64,000 nt of DNA from Enoplolaimus lenunculus (Eukaryota): the NCBI GenBank assembly GCA_030248215.1, contig JASANG010003345.1:310001-374000 (forward strand), given 5' to 3'. The position numbers and the translations under genes were made by a program. Within the stretch, counting starts at the first letter, position 1. Each line of letters starts with the position of its first letter. Shown here piece by piece: positions 1 through 13,200 of this stretch. The notes below the pieces were generated by a model. That model had not been told where the DNA came from and did not search any database. It was given only the letters and a program-made list of their open reading frames with translations.

Positions 1-1598
1 GGAACATAGGCTGTTGGTGGCTTCCGGTTTCGGTCTCAGTTCCGGATGTATGCTCCGGATGCATTCGATATGCGTAAAGCTGCGATTGTAACCGATATAG
101 TGCGTGACTCGCTTTTGCAAACACAAACATATCTGCAACGTTTTCGTAGCCGTTCAAATGTAAATAGTTGCCTTTGTACGGTAAAATTTGCCTGTTGTAA
201 TGCCGAAATAACGCCCAACGGTCGCTCAGGTACGCATAGATTGTTATTGATACGTTTACTGATGGTATAGGGGGTCCAAGCTTAATAGATGTGTAGAGGC
301 GATTGTCATAAGGTTCCACCCGGACCTGGCAACAAAGAGATGCCGAACCTTTGTGGGTAGGGCATCCAGTGCTCAGAGCGTTAGCGTGGTAAACGTTGTA
401 GCATAGTTGACCTTTTTGTGGATTATTTGGATGACACGGTTGAGATTTATGCGCAGGGGTGCAGAAAGTGTCACCCCCTGGGCAATCACATTTACACTCA
501 GATTGCAGCTGAGGTATGCCAAATTGATACCGGTCTCTGATTGGATATTGTTCGACGAACCGGTGATATTCAACGGCGTAAAATAGCGAATGGATTGGTG
601 TGTTTTGAGGCTGTGGAAATGATTCTACAATTTGGTTAGTTAACTGTGATGACGTGTTCGTTGCGGCGGTTGGCGAATCACTTTCGAGATCGACCTGGAA
701 CAGGATATATCATTGACACCAGTCCTCCTGATACCAATGCTCGAAGACTTAAATGGCACTAGTATTTTGATTAGTGCAATGCCGTCCGGCCGGGATGGTG
801 TCCTCCAACACTGTGCCACATTATACATGAATTGCCGTACGACACCGGATAGCAGTGCAAACTAAATTATAATTAAAAACTTTAAACCCTTCCAGACCTC
901 GTCAATAAATGGTCTTCTAACTATTTTTTTCTAACTAAACGTTCCCACGTTACGGATGTTAAAACTGTGTAAAATTTATATATACATACAAAAAGACAAA
1001 AACCTGCTCCAGTCTTCTGATGGCTCTTACAAAATCACTTTGCCTCGGTGGTATCGCCATGGGCCCGTGGCCATAGGGCACCCTGAGGGCTCAGCCCCCT
1101 AGAAAACGTTTACCCCTCATCTCTAAAAGTTTCACTCCCCGTTATATATAAGCTATTTATTACGAACGCGTGCACCTGCTGAAATGTTCTGGTGTTTCGC
1201 TTTGCATTTTGAGCTGGCTACGCGCCTGTGCACGATCCGGTATTCACTGAACGAACCATTCGAACTAGGAGACTAACCTGAAAACACGACCGATGACCCA
1301 GTTCCATACGCAGTTTCACGTTTGTTGTCAACCGTAAATTGTACGAATCGTTATCATGAAAATAATATTCGCCTTCAGTAATTTTTGGCACCAATCCATG
1401 ACAGGTTACGGGTGGTTTCAAAATTTTGCTCGAACCAACGGATGCAATTGGGGTCGTTGTTATTGTTGTTTCGATCGTTGGCTCAGTGCCAAACCTTCCT
1501 TGCGACCCGTCGAGATTTAGGCACTGTGCCAAGATGGACCAGTAAATCAGTCGCCAGAGTCTGGCTGGGTTTTTGTTTACGTTCCCGATTAATAGCAT
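1..1598 (-). CDS. EFF-1/AFF-1 family (fusexin, class II) cell-cell fusogen, 5' part; continues beyond position 1
   Basis: Exon 1 is 1598-1278 (ATG at 1598, donor CAG|GTTAGT). It encodes a signal-like MLLIG..LWRLIYWSILAQCLNL, a Thr-rich linker, then PPVTC...LRMELGHRSCFQ. Exon 2 starts at 694 (acceptor TTCCAG|GTC, phase 0) and stays open for 231 codons to the edge: VDLESDSP...FYAVEYHRFVEQYPIRDRYQFGIPQLQSECKCDCPGGDTFC...PC...LCYNVYHANALSTGCPTHKGSASLCCQVRVEPYDNRLYTSIKLGPP. The motif order and Cys spacing (RYxFGIP, CxCxC, CY..GC, LCCxVRxxPY, KLxxP) match the EFF-1/AFF-1 ectodomain as I recall it. Confidence 0.88.
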
Positions 1599-1885
1599 CA
1601 CATATTGTGAAATTTGATTATTTTGAGTTATTTATTATAATTATTTTTTATAACGTTAAAATTAATTAATATTCTGAAATTTTATGTTTTTCTGAATTCC
1701 GCCTGTAACCAGGAGGTGAGGTTATACCGGGCACTGTCCCGCAGTTAAGTTGAAGAGCTAATATTTGAAAGTTGATGCTGAAAAAATATATTAAATTTTC
1801 GCAAAAACGGGGTTGGCACTCTAGTTTTGTCTGCGCGATATTTTTCAGCTATTTAGCTACAAATACACTGTATCAATCGCGGTCC

Positions 1886-2073
1886 GGCAAATGTTATTAT
1901 TAGGGGCGTAACAGTAAAGCGTATTCCTAAGCCTAAGCCTAAGCCTAAGCGTTGCAAAAATGTGTTCCTAAGCCTAAAGCCTAAGCATAAGCAAAAAATG
2001 TAATGTAGAATCTAAACCTGCTCTTTTATAGACCCACCAAAAACCTGGACGCCCCTTAATTTTACATGGGTCC
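1886..2073. mobile_element. TTAGGC-bearing TIR element about 290 bp upstream of the fusogen start codon
   Basis: Colinear with 43966-44166; contains CCTAAG repeats. Confidence 0.75.
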
Positions 2074-5000
2074 GCGGTCGCCGTATCCATAACACTTCAT
2101 CTCCAAGTTGGCGGTTGATTTGTTCCAGTCAGTTACCGAAAACAGCTGTTTGGATTAAAAAACTGAATCTACCGGCAGGATGTGACAGTAAAAGCATGTT
2201 TGGTTGCAACATTTTTGTTTCAATAGTCTGAACTGCTATAAATAACAATTATTTGTATTTGTAATGACCAGTTGCCAATTAAAACAAATATGACGTCAGT
2301 AGTGTTGTGCACTTTTTTGTACTGTCCGTCCGACCGGTCATTGGTCGCCCAATGTAGAACTTTTAAAAATTTATCAAACACTTATATAATGGTATCGTTA
2401 TGTTACTCGTTGCTATACCAATAATTTTAGGCTCATAATTCAACAAGAAACGACCTGGTTGTGAAATATATACGTTGACAACAGGTTCAGTAATATCCTA
2501 TAAGCTTTAATATAGGACAGTTTACCGCATTGTTTCAAAATATTTTATATATTACAGCTGTGAAATTTTTGCTTTTCAAAACTGTCATTGATCAATGAAG
2601 AAATTTTGGGATGATTTAATCCGATTATACATTATTATTCCTCTTATTATTGTCAAAAAATATTATATTTACTCCCGCGTAAAATTTTACTATACTTTGT
2701 AAAAGGCATGGAAACTAGATCGTCCGAAGCGCTTTATCACACCGCACGAGTGTCCAGAACAGAACTGCAACCGAAGTTGTTTCAGCTTTTGATGCAACTT
2801 TAGCATTAACCATAATGATAAGAGTAGGCGACGTTTCAGATTTCAGATAAAGGTTTTTAAATCGAAATCTAAATATTATTAAAAATATTAAATTAATAAT
2901 AACAGTATTTTTAGCTTTTTCTGCGATAAGCAATTACTGAGCACTCGGCCAATACCTTTAGCCGGCCGACTCAAAGCCGGTGAACAGCACTAGTGTTCAG
3001 AAAGTAGACTGACACGTATATTGTTCTGTAAATGATAGCAAAATGTTAATCTGTATATTATTCAACATGCATTAAGAAAAAACATCCGGTTCCAGCTCTC
3101 CTATATAAATTTTGCGGACGTTCCGGCAGTTCCGGTGGCGAAATTTTACACCGTTTTAGAAAATTGTATCGTTCGGTGAGATTGACTTTAAGTTTTGCTA
3201 CAATTTTGATGAAGAAATTGTCGGAATTTCCTAAAAAATAAGCGTACTGTAGTGACCCGAATAAGAGAGCGGGGTATATTTATTACCCCTTTCTAAATGG
3301 TACCTTCCTGCTATGCGGTTCCGGACTGTTATTTATTTCGCGATCCGAGTTCAGTTAATATTTGGACAACATTTTTACATATGCCAATCATTTTCTACGG
3401 TCTCATGACTTTATGAATATATCATTATGACTGGAGTATAGTGTTATGAATATATGCAACATTATACTTCGGGTAATGAATCAAATTCTGAATTAAACTT
3501 AATTTGGTGCACGAAGCATTTACGCACTAATTGATGTTTGTTGTTTCGTAAGTTATGTTGAACTCTATCCATTTATGGACTCTAATTAGGGAAATGTACT
3601 CCTATTAATTCGGACTCAAAATAGAGACCCATGACCGTTTTTATCTCTTCCCTGCTTTGAAAATTAAAAATTAATAACACAGGTATCATGCAATACTAGC
3701 ACTAGAAATCGATGTCATGTTACGTAAACGTCACTTTTAGTTCGACTTACCGTAAGATAAATTTGCAAGCTTGATAACGTTTTGCCCCTTTTTAATAGAA
3801 CACAATGATTCACTTATTAACATTACCGTCTCATAAAACCTAATTTGCTCAATGAATATATATATTGAATGAGTCATAACAAGCAAACCGGTACCGTATC
3901 CCAATAATTTGTCCTTTCGATACAAAGCAACCGGTCAATATTTTTTACCTGTTAAACTGATGTGAAAGGTGGTATTGAAACAATCAGCGAGTCCTAAATC
4001 AGTGTTGGTGCCAATTTTCCAGGTAGACTGGGAAGTACTTGCCCTCAAAATCGGTTATAACTAAAAGCGTTTCACTGTAAATGTTTTGTCATTTGTCGAA
4101 AAACTAAACAAACCATATGTTTATGGCCATTTCGAATGTATATAAGTCAAATTGGCCAGCTGTAGCTCACTTTAACAAAAAGTTATAAAATGAAATCATG
4201 TCAAATTTTCATGGCTTATGTATCATCCTGTTTGGGATAACCCGACAGATTTAGTTCCAATAATTGGCTGATATTGACCGATCCTCGCTGCCAGGTAAAC
4301 ATAAAGCCACACATTGGTTGCTGAAACGTAAACAGGAGAATGACAATAGGTTTAATCAAACAAACTGAAACTTACAAACAAACCCTATAAACGTGAACTC
4401 TGAAACGATTGAGAGATAAACTCAAAATGTAGCCTTGCATCCGATAATGTGTTTTGTCAATATGAGCGCAATGTAAAAGCCTAATTTTCAAACTAGAACC
4501 GGTTGCCTAATCGATTTTTAGATGAGACAAGTTGTTTTGATGTTGAAATAGCTAACGAGACAGTAGTCATTTAGCGCATAATTGGTTTTGAAAGATTGAG
4601 TTTATCAGCTAGACTAAACTAGGTAATATAAACATACTGCGAGGGTCTTTTTTATATATTTTTCGTTTACGCACCGTACGAGCAAAAAATGTCAATAAAG
4701 ATGTATAACGTGAACTGAGCATTATTTTAATTTTACGCAAAACGTCAGTTACAAAAACGTAGCAACAGCGGTTAGAGGTTAACCCCCGTTCTTTTTTGTG
4801 ATTTTAGCCCGCGACTTTTGGTTAACGTTGCTGTACCGATGTAACTTAAGAAACCTTGGAAACTTTTTACAACACAGATATGTTGCGAGCAGTTTCTGTT
4901 CAAAATCAACAAACTGTTTTTACAAAATGTTCAGCCAACACAAATAATTTGCTCGAATCCGACTAAAATCGCAGTTTTCTGTGATGCCGGAAACTATGCA

Positions 5001-6386
5001 GAGCTCGTAAACTATCAAACTTCAAATCGAAACCCCCAATATCTATCAATAGTAGTAACCAGGCAGCGGATCTAGTAGTTTTTAAAAGGGGCAACTGCGC
5101 AAATGATAATCACACAAAACAAGTCGCAGGAAAAGCGAAGAGAATGCGAATGTGATTTTAGTGCTAAACCTTAATGCAACCTCATAGTGTTGATCGTTGT
5201 TAAGGCTTAGGTCGAGGTTCCCCACCTCTTTGGGCTGCAAATATAGTAACTGTAAAAGTTTTATTATTACAAAATGTCACGCAAAGGTTTTGGGAGCTTT
5301 TGATTTTAACGACAATTATTGTGACATAAAATTATTCAACTGCTGTATATATACATATATATCTGTATATATCTATATATAATTATATATATGTATATAT
5401 TTATATATATATCATGGTAAAGTCAGAGGTCTGCCTCTAGCTCAGTCCTCTAACCCCGGCTCCGGCTCTGGTAGAATTTCTGCCAAAGGTAACGGCAATT
5501 TCGGCGATAAAACTTTGCATAGTTTTAATCAGTTTATTTGCTTGGTGCGTTTTATTTTAACTTTTCGTGTAATTTTGAGGGAAAAATTGCCAATATTTCG
5601 AAAGAAATATGCGTAAAAGCACAAGATTTAACAACACCATGCAGGTATTTGCTAAAATTAGCAAATTAAAGATCATTTTAAGTACCTACTTTTGCTTCTC
5701 TCTGGCTCCGACAAATTTTGTTAACCTTCGGCTCCGGTATTTTTCACTTCCGGTTGCACCCTAATCAAGAGGAACTCCCGTTCATAGGATACAGGAACAG
5801 GAATATGAATTCATTTTCGTCGAAACAGAAACACGAACCGGAACAGGAATTGCAAATATATTACATTAAAGAATTATACTGCTAACCGACGACTATAACA
5901 GAAGCTAAAATATGCTGTTTGTCTCATGTTATGTGTTTTCATAGCTCGTTTTCCAAGTTTTACGAAAACATGCGTCAAATAATTGAAAATACCAGGAATG
6001 TGCAGACGAAACACAAGTTATAAAAAAATGCTGAGTTTCATTTTTGAGACGTAAATTTTTATTTTTTTTAGCTGATAGTTTACAATTTACCTCAAGGCCG
6101 TAAAATTTTCGGGTCCTGTATGATTCAATGAAAGAACAAAAACCAGAAACCTGCCTAAGTCTTCTTCTAAATTTCGAATTTTATGAGCAAGCTCTGGAAT
6201 TGCCACAAAAATGAAACCAGAAATCTTTTACCTACACTTTGTCCTACACAAAGCTTAAGACATTTATAAGCTTCGGCACAGGCTTTACCTAAGCCTATGC
6301 AGCTCAAGCAATGTTAAGCCTCAAAAATTCAAAAGCCGAAACCAGGAATATTTAGTATTTTGACTTGGTCTAAGTATAATAATTCT

Positions 6387-6580
6387 GGCTCTTGTAAAAA
6401 TCAGGGGCGGCGCGTTTTTCTGTGGGACTGCAATAAACTTAGGCTTTAGACTAATTTTTTGCTTAGGCTTAGGCTTAGGCTTATGTTTAGGTTTAGGAAT
6501 ATGCTCGTTCTTACGCTTAGGCTTAGGCTTAGGAATATGCTTATATTAATACTGTTCCGTCCCTGTTCTTTACATCGGCC
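6387..6580. mobile_element. TTAGGC-bearing TIR element, second subfamily
   Basis: Ends CCCTGTTCTTTACATCGGCC. Related to 8973-9197, 10020-10238 and 46131-46287. Confidence 0.7.
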
Positions 6581-7551
6581 ATAATTCTTAATATTAATGT
6601 TAAAGTACTTAGCTTCTATCCAATTTTAAATCAGATGAAAATAGCGTTCTTTTGTTTTGAGTGAAAAAATAAATCATCCTCAAATTTTCACACAGTAAAT
6701 ATATACTACAGCTTATAATTATCATACCGTTGAATACACGCTAATGGTTACTAAAATAGGTTTAAACATATGCACTAAACACATTTTAGCGCACATTTAT
6801 AATAAATAATAGTGTTATTCACAGAGGCACCCAACTGTTTCTGTATAGCTTCATACTATTTATACATCTCTTGGATAAAGGTTAGCCAGTACTCTCGGGT
6901 GTACAATATTCAACAACTGGAGGAGAAAAATTCCGGAGCCGATCTCACAGCCCAATTTTGTCCCCAGGCCAATTCCCCCTGAGAAATTGGATTACCCCAA
7001 TTTCTCTCCCGGAGATGGCCGACTCATTAGTGGCAAAAATTAGCCTAGCTTAATTCCTCTAGCCTGTGACACAGGAGGACGATTTTCCAGCCGGAACTGA
7101 AGGTAGATCTATGACTGTACCCGAGACACATTCCTGGCAATAGAGTCATGTGCGTAGCCAAGACTTTTTAAAGGGAGGTTACTCTGTATAAAAGTATCCA
7201 AGGGACTTCTTCTGTTCCAAAGTGATCCCATGTCGAAAAACATCTAAACAAAAATCCAAAAAGGTTAAGGGTTTGACACCGGAACGCCCCCCCGCCCTCC
7301 GGCTACACCCATGGATGAAATATAAACATATATTTATAAATATAGAAATAAATAGTATGTTAAGCATTATTTAAAACTGTGAACCAGATAGCTGAGTCTT
7401 CAGACATTTTAATTGTTTGAACCTTCGTTACAACTGCTAAATTTGAAAAGGTAAAATATACGCTATCATCGTTTTTAACAATAAATTCACAACCTCAAAG
7501 TAAACCATTTTTCAGTTTCACGCAGCGACTCAAGTGTAATTAGGAAGCATT

Positions 7552-8377
7552 GGCTGGGTTTCCGAAACCCTACTAGTAAGTAGACTTAGTACTTAGTACG
7601 GACTATGTAATTGCTTAACTATTTTGCTGTTTTTAAAAGCGTACTTAAGTGAAATAAATACTTAAGTCGCTGACTAAATTTCATATACTACAAATTAACC
7701 GCTCAGACACACTAGCCTTGGTCTAAATGAGGTTGTAGACTCATGATGTCCGTTTAATATAAAGCAAAACTATTAGTTCCTTGCCATGGCAATAGCCGAT
7801 ATTTGGCGCTTCTTTGGTTGTGCTCGAAAATTTAAGTATTTGCTTAAGTCGGCGACTTAAGTAATGAGTCATCCACGCTAAAATGCACGCGCCGATGTAA
7901 AAAATGTTCCACCCACCCCATTAGGAACAGCATCGAAATACACATACTAGCTGGAGGCAAGGTACAGTTTCATAGCTGTAATTAGGCAGTGTTAATTGTC
8001 TAGACTCTGTCGGAAGGGACTCTGGATAAATACATGTTGCCTGTAGGATGTCAGGACATTATGTTAGCACACGCGCACACATTTAAAAACACACACTGTG
8101 CACACATATTCACACACAGCATTCAGCGCAAAAATTGAGTCCCTTCCGAGGGACTATGGACAATAACAGTTCCCGATAATGATGTCAGCACAAGTATATA
8201 TTTATGCCTAGAGCATATTCATTGTCTAAAGGTTCAGACAATGACATATTGACATCTCAGACAGTGTATAATGAGAGTGGGTAGGGACAACGCGGGCACC
8301 CAAAAGGGCGTGGATGACCCATAATTACTCAAGTATACCTTAAGTAAATACTTAGGTAAAATTTCAGAAATCCAACC
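7552..8377. mobile_element. PIF/Harbinger-like MITE (ATT TSD, ACTTAAGT-rich), interrupted by a second MITE
   Basis: TIRs GGCTGGGTTTCCGAAA / TTTCAGAAATCCAACC, with ATT on both sides. An uninterrupted inverted copy lies at 23699-23981. Confidence 0.75.
7865..8321. mobile_element. PIF/Harbinger-like MITE with TAA TSD
   Basis: TIRs TGAGTCATCCACGC / GCGTGGATGACCCA, with TAA on both sides. A related element lies at 30506-31032. Confidence 0.8.
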
Positions 8378-8972
8378 ATTCTCTGTCTACTACCATATGA
8401 TACTTTGTCTGTGATTACATACACTGTTATATACTTTAAAACTTTTTAAGATTTATTTAATTTTAAAACAGAACGATTTTAAGCGTTAACGGCAGCATCG
8501 AATCCGAGATTCAAAAAGCATATAAGAACGGTAGCTTTCAATACCGACTTATAGAAGTTTATCAAATGCAATCTATCATTAATTCAAAAAGAAGCACCGA
8601 TAGCGCGAAATATATATAGCTGGCACAAAAGCATTGACGCAAAGTGTAAACTGTCGTCTCCTGAGACCGATCTAAACTACATTTTCTAAGAATTTAGCCA
8701 GAAAGCGGCGTAAATTATGCGCAAGAGAACTTTCGTTCTCGCTATCGATTTTGCCGACGCTATGAAAATTAGCAATGGGATTTAGGTTGATGAATATCGA
8801 AAAAAAATATATCTATGACTCGGTTTAGTATTTGTGAATCATATTATATGGAAGGTGCGCCAACCTTTGTTTTAAGATTTAGCGATTTTGCAAAATCAAC
8901 GAACCATTAATGTAAGTATGCGAAGTGCGCTGTAGTAGTTCTGTAACTGAAACGATTTTACGACACATCTAC

Positions 8973-9197
8973 GAGCACATGTGTAGAACACGGCCGGATC
9001 GTTTTCCTGCGGGATTGTAAGAGTCAGTTTAAACTTTAGACTAACTTTTTTGCTTGGCTTAAGCTTAGGCTTAGGAATATGCTCATTTTTACGCTTAACT
9101 TTAAGCTTAGGCTTAGGCTTAGGGTTAGGCTTAGCCTTAGGCTTAGGCTTAAAAATTACTCATACTACTATTCAGGCCCTGTTCTATACATGAGCCC
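8973..9197. mobile_element. TTAGGC-bearing TIR element, second subfamily
   Basis: TIRs GCACATGTGTAGAACACGGCC / GGCCCTGTTCTATACATGAGC with internal (TTAGGC)n. Confidence 0.75.
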
Positions 9198-9519
9198 TTC
9201 AATGTTGAAATCGCCACGTCACTAAACGGCAACCAGTACCCAATACCATGTTTAGTGCACCGAATATAAGAAATGGGCGGAGTCCCTCATATTCAAGAAG
9301 CCGCTCACAAAACCTCAAAAAATACACATAAATATTAGCTGAATAAACTGTAAATTTGTCTGAATACTAATAATTATCACGTATTCATATTGAAAAATTT
9401 TAGCATTTCTTGGTTTAGGAGGCCCTTCACGTTGACTTTGCGATTAGCCCCTCACAGATTTGTCACTCCACTGTCAATAGCTATCACGAGTGTGCCCGTA
9501 AGACTGTTTTACATATATA

Positions 9520-9766
9520 CTCTGTAAATTCCAATGAGTTGATTAATCAGTTCAGCTAGCGAGTTGGTTATTTCTTCATTCATATCAGTACACATTAACT
9601 CACCCTCAGTAGAGTTAATTCTCAATCTGAGTTGACTCTGGGTGAGTTGATTAATTAACACAGAATGAATTGGATCAACTCAAAATTCTGAGTTGTGATA
9701 GTCCTAACTCAGACTGAGTAATTCAACTCATTTTGAGTTAAAATCAACTCACTGAAATTTACAGTG
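9520..9766. mobile_element. CWCTG-ended MITE with internal TGAGTTGA/TCAACTCA motifs and TA flanks
   Basis: CTCTGTAAATTCCAATGAGTTGATT at the left end versus AATCAACTCACTGAAATTTACAGTG at the right end. Confidence 0.7.
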
Positions 9767-10019
9767 TATATATGTTGTGCAGAATTGACAAATTCAAATA
9801 TTAATATTTTCATTCAGAACATAATTTTTAGTCCATTTAACAAATGACAAAATGGCAAATGCACACAATTTTTTAAAATTTTAGATAAATTTCGTTATTT
9901 TTATGTCATATCGAACAGATGCAGCATATCTCTAATGAAAATTTTCGCGATTCACATATGGCTTAAAAACTATTTTGAGAGCAAAACAACAGAATTTCCG
10001 GTACTTTTATAACGGAAAC

Positions 10020-10238
10020 GGCCCATTTAAAATGATCAAGAGCGGAATGTTTTTCAACGGGACAGCGATAGAGTAAGCTTAAGTTTTAGAGTGTAGATTA
10101 ATTTTTTACTTAGTCTTCAGCTTAGGCTTAGGTAAATACATAAGCTCATTCTTACGCTTAGGCTTCAGGTTTAGAATTAAGCTTAGGCTTAGGAATATTA
10201 TATATACCACTGTTACGGCCCTGTTCTATACAATAGCC
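10020..10238. mobile_element. TTAGGC-bearing TIR element, second subfamily
   Basis: Ends GGCCCTGTTCTATACAATAGCC, with internal TTAGGC repeats. Confidence 0.7.
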
Positions 10239-13200
10239 ATGGAAACAAATACAGATTATATACAAGTGAAACGAACCGTATTTTTGGTTAGCCATTAATT
10301 TTCGCCAATATAATTTTTTTATGGTTTCACTAATGGCCCCAGTTAAATTGTAACCTTAACAGTTATGGTATATAAGTATTAAATTCAAAATTACTCATGT
10401 TCTTCATGCATTCGTACATATATAAACAAATATTTTCCAGCCCAATTCAAATACAGGCGTTGTGAACCAAAACCAATTTTAAATTAACCAATTTACTAGC
10501 AGGCATCAGGTTTCACAGTTTTAATACAACAAATCAATTTATTTCCTATTTTGAACAGCATTTTGACCAATAAAATCCGAAACGGTTGCAGTTGGTTATT
10601 TAATGCAAACCAGCTGAAATAAGAAATGCGGAGGTTCACGAACTCAATAGCATATAAATCTTTGATGAACTTAATGTTGCAAAAAAGGCAAAGGTTCTAA
10701 CTTCTAATTGCATGTTTGTTGCGATCGTTTTCGTTGAATATTGTAACTATTTACTTAGGCTAAAAATCAACTGTAGATGTGCACCAGATATCAGGATATA
10801 AAAAATATCCGGATATGCCCAGCACTGCCAATCACATGTTGTGATGGTTTGATATTTGTATGGCTCTAATTATTACCTTTCCATCTGCTTCTTCTTCAAA
10901 TAAAGCATTAGGTTTTAGGTATTGTTATGATTCTCTTTTTCATTTATATATGAATTAGGGCCATCCATTTTATACACTATTGAAGCTTTGCAGGTTGTAA
11001 CGAATAATAAAAATAACAGAATCCGTTAGTGATCAAAATATAGGAAATGTAAACAGGATACTAAATTAAATAATTTTCGGCCCATGTTACTCTGGGGAGC
11101 GTCCCGTTTACTCGCGGGTTTGGTTTTTGCTTAAAGTAAAGGCTTACGCGTAGACTTAAAGTTGTGATTAGGCTTGCGCCCAGTCCATGGTTTAGGATTT
11201 GTTAAGACTTAACCTTGGGTGTTTGGCTTCATGTTGCTCTGAGGGGTATCCCGTTTACTCGCGGGTTAGACATTACGTTTAGACTTTTTGCTTAACTTAG
11301 GTTTTAGGCTTATGCTGAGGTGTGTTCAGGCTTGCGCTTAGCTATATGCGTAGACTTAGTCGCAGGATTAGGCTAAGTCTTCCGCTTAGGCTTATATCTA
11401 TGTTCCCTAGGAGTTCACACACTTACATCCACTATAGGCACAAGTGCCTCAACAGTTATGTTTTGTAAATAACTAGATAAATTTTCTTCCGGTTTGGGCT
11501 TAAAGTTCTATCTCTCCTCATAAAATGTATTCAGACGGGCGCTCCAAGCCTCTATAGAATTCTGGACTCAAATCAGCTACCACCGTGAACAATTTGTCAA
11601 TTTTGTTAAAAAATTTTTTACTTCAAAGTATCGATGGGACCTCCCAATGTTACGATTCCAACCAAGCAGCACTTATTTTTATTAAAGAATTAATTAAAAA
11701 ATTGTTTTCAATTAGCATTCGACAACAAGAATTTCATATAGCGCCCGCAAGTTATTAAAAAGTAGTCATATCGCGATTAATTTCCCAAAATTCACTATAA
11801 ATTTTGTTCAAATTTCGTGGTTTGTTCTTAAAATAATTAGTACAATTGTAGTAGTAAGTGCCCATACAGGCCTACAATAATTATCAATAGTTACAGTTAG
11901 CAAGATGTCAGATGCTTAGAGTAGTTAAAATAAAATGCGGGCTGTTGCCGACCTAAATCTTAGTCAACCACAAACGATAAAAACAATAAAAGTTAAAATT
12001 CGTTCAACTAAACAAAGTCAGTTCTTCGACATCAAACTGCTCCATTTCACCAAACGAGCACCTTTTTATAGGCTCTATTTGTCCTTGATCCTGGTTGACA
12101 AATAGGCTCATTATCGTAGCCTAAAATTTTAAATACGAATTTGTGCTATATTTAAAATTTTAAAGCAATTTTGTTTCGATAAAAGCAAAACTTTACGCTT
12201 GAATAAATTTTTTTGGAAGTTTACGCCAACCAACAGACTAAATTTGGCCAATTCTTAGAAAATTTTAGTAAGTTTATAAAATTTAAACTTTATTTTTACG
12301 GTATGCGGTTCTTAATGAGCTTGTTTACATCGACTTTAGCACAATTTATACTTTTGTGCTTTTGTCGGGATAAATTCCTCTTTACATTAATTAGCGAAAT
12401 ACTATTCAATTTTTGACGTTTTTTAAACAAAATTTACAAAATTTGCCGCCTCACCTTTCGCGGGCAAATTTTAAAAGCATAATAAACTCACTACATCAAT
12501 TTGTATCGCATCCGTTGCCTCCAAGTTGATTGATTCTATCAAAAACATTTATGTCAAAAACGTTTTCGTTTTTGACCTTCAAAAATTAAAGGAAGAGTAA
12601 AGTGTGAACATCACACTTTACTTTAAAGTTCATCCCTAATTTTCAAGAGTAATTTAATTTTACTAAGTTTTTTAAAACTTTCAAGTGCAAATGCTCATCA
12701 CTTGCACTTGATTATTACATCAACGTTGTTTTTGTTTTAAAGCTGTTTTTAAGTGTTGCTTTTTTTGACAGAGTTTAATTGAACTCGGGTCGGGAGGGTT
12801 CCCCCTACCATGTTATACTAAAGAGTGAACGGTGTTCTCCGCGAAGGTAACCCAGGTCTAAAATCAGACCCGGCTAGGTACGGTAACTGTATAACGAACG
12901 CTCTGCAGTCGCTTTAACTATATCTAGTTGGAGGCCACAGTACCTTCGGGGCTGGTCAGTGGCTGACGACAGGTGTAGATCTATCGGAATCTCTTGAGTA
13001 ACTTTAAATTTGAAAATAACTTTTTTGATCCGTTGGGCATCTTAATTATTTTGTCCTTCAGTCAAACTCTGTTGCTTATACAATAATGTATACGAGCAAT
13101 ACACACACTGAGAGCAGTGTTTAAATTTTATAAAATATAATATGCGCAGTGCAAAATCTTCACAAGACGTGAGAGCCTACTCGGGCTCGAGCGTCAAGCT

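Noticed and set aside
2715..2933. 72-aa minus-strand ORF as an upstream fusogen exon
   Set aside because: No recognisable homology and no convincing acceptor to join it to the 1598-1278 exon.
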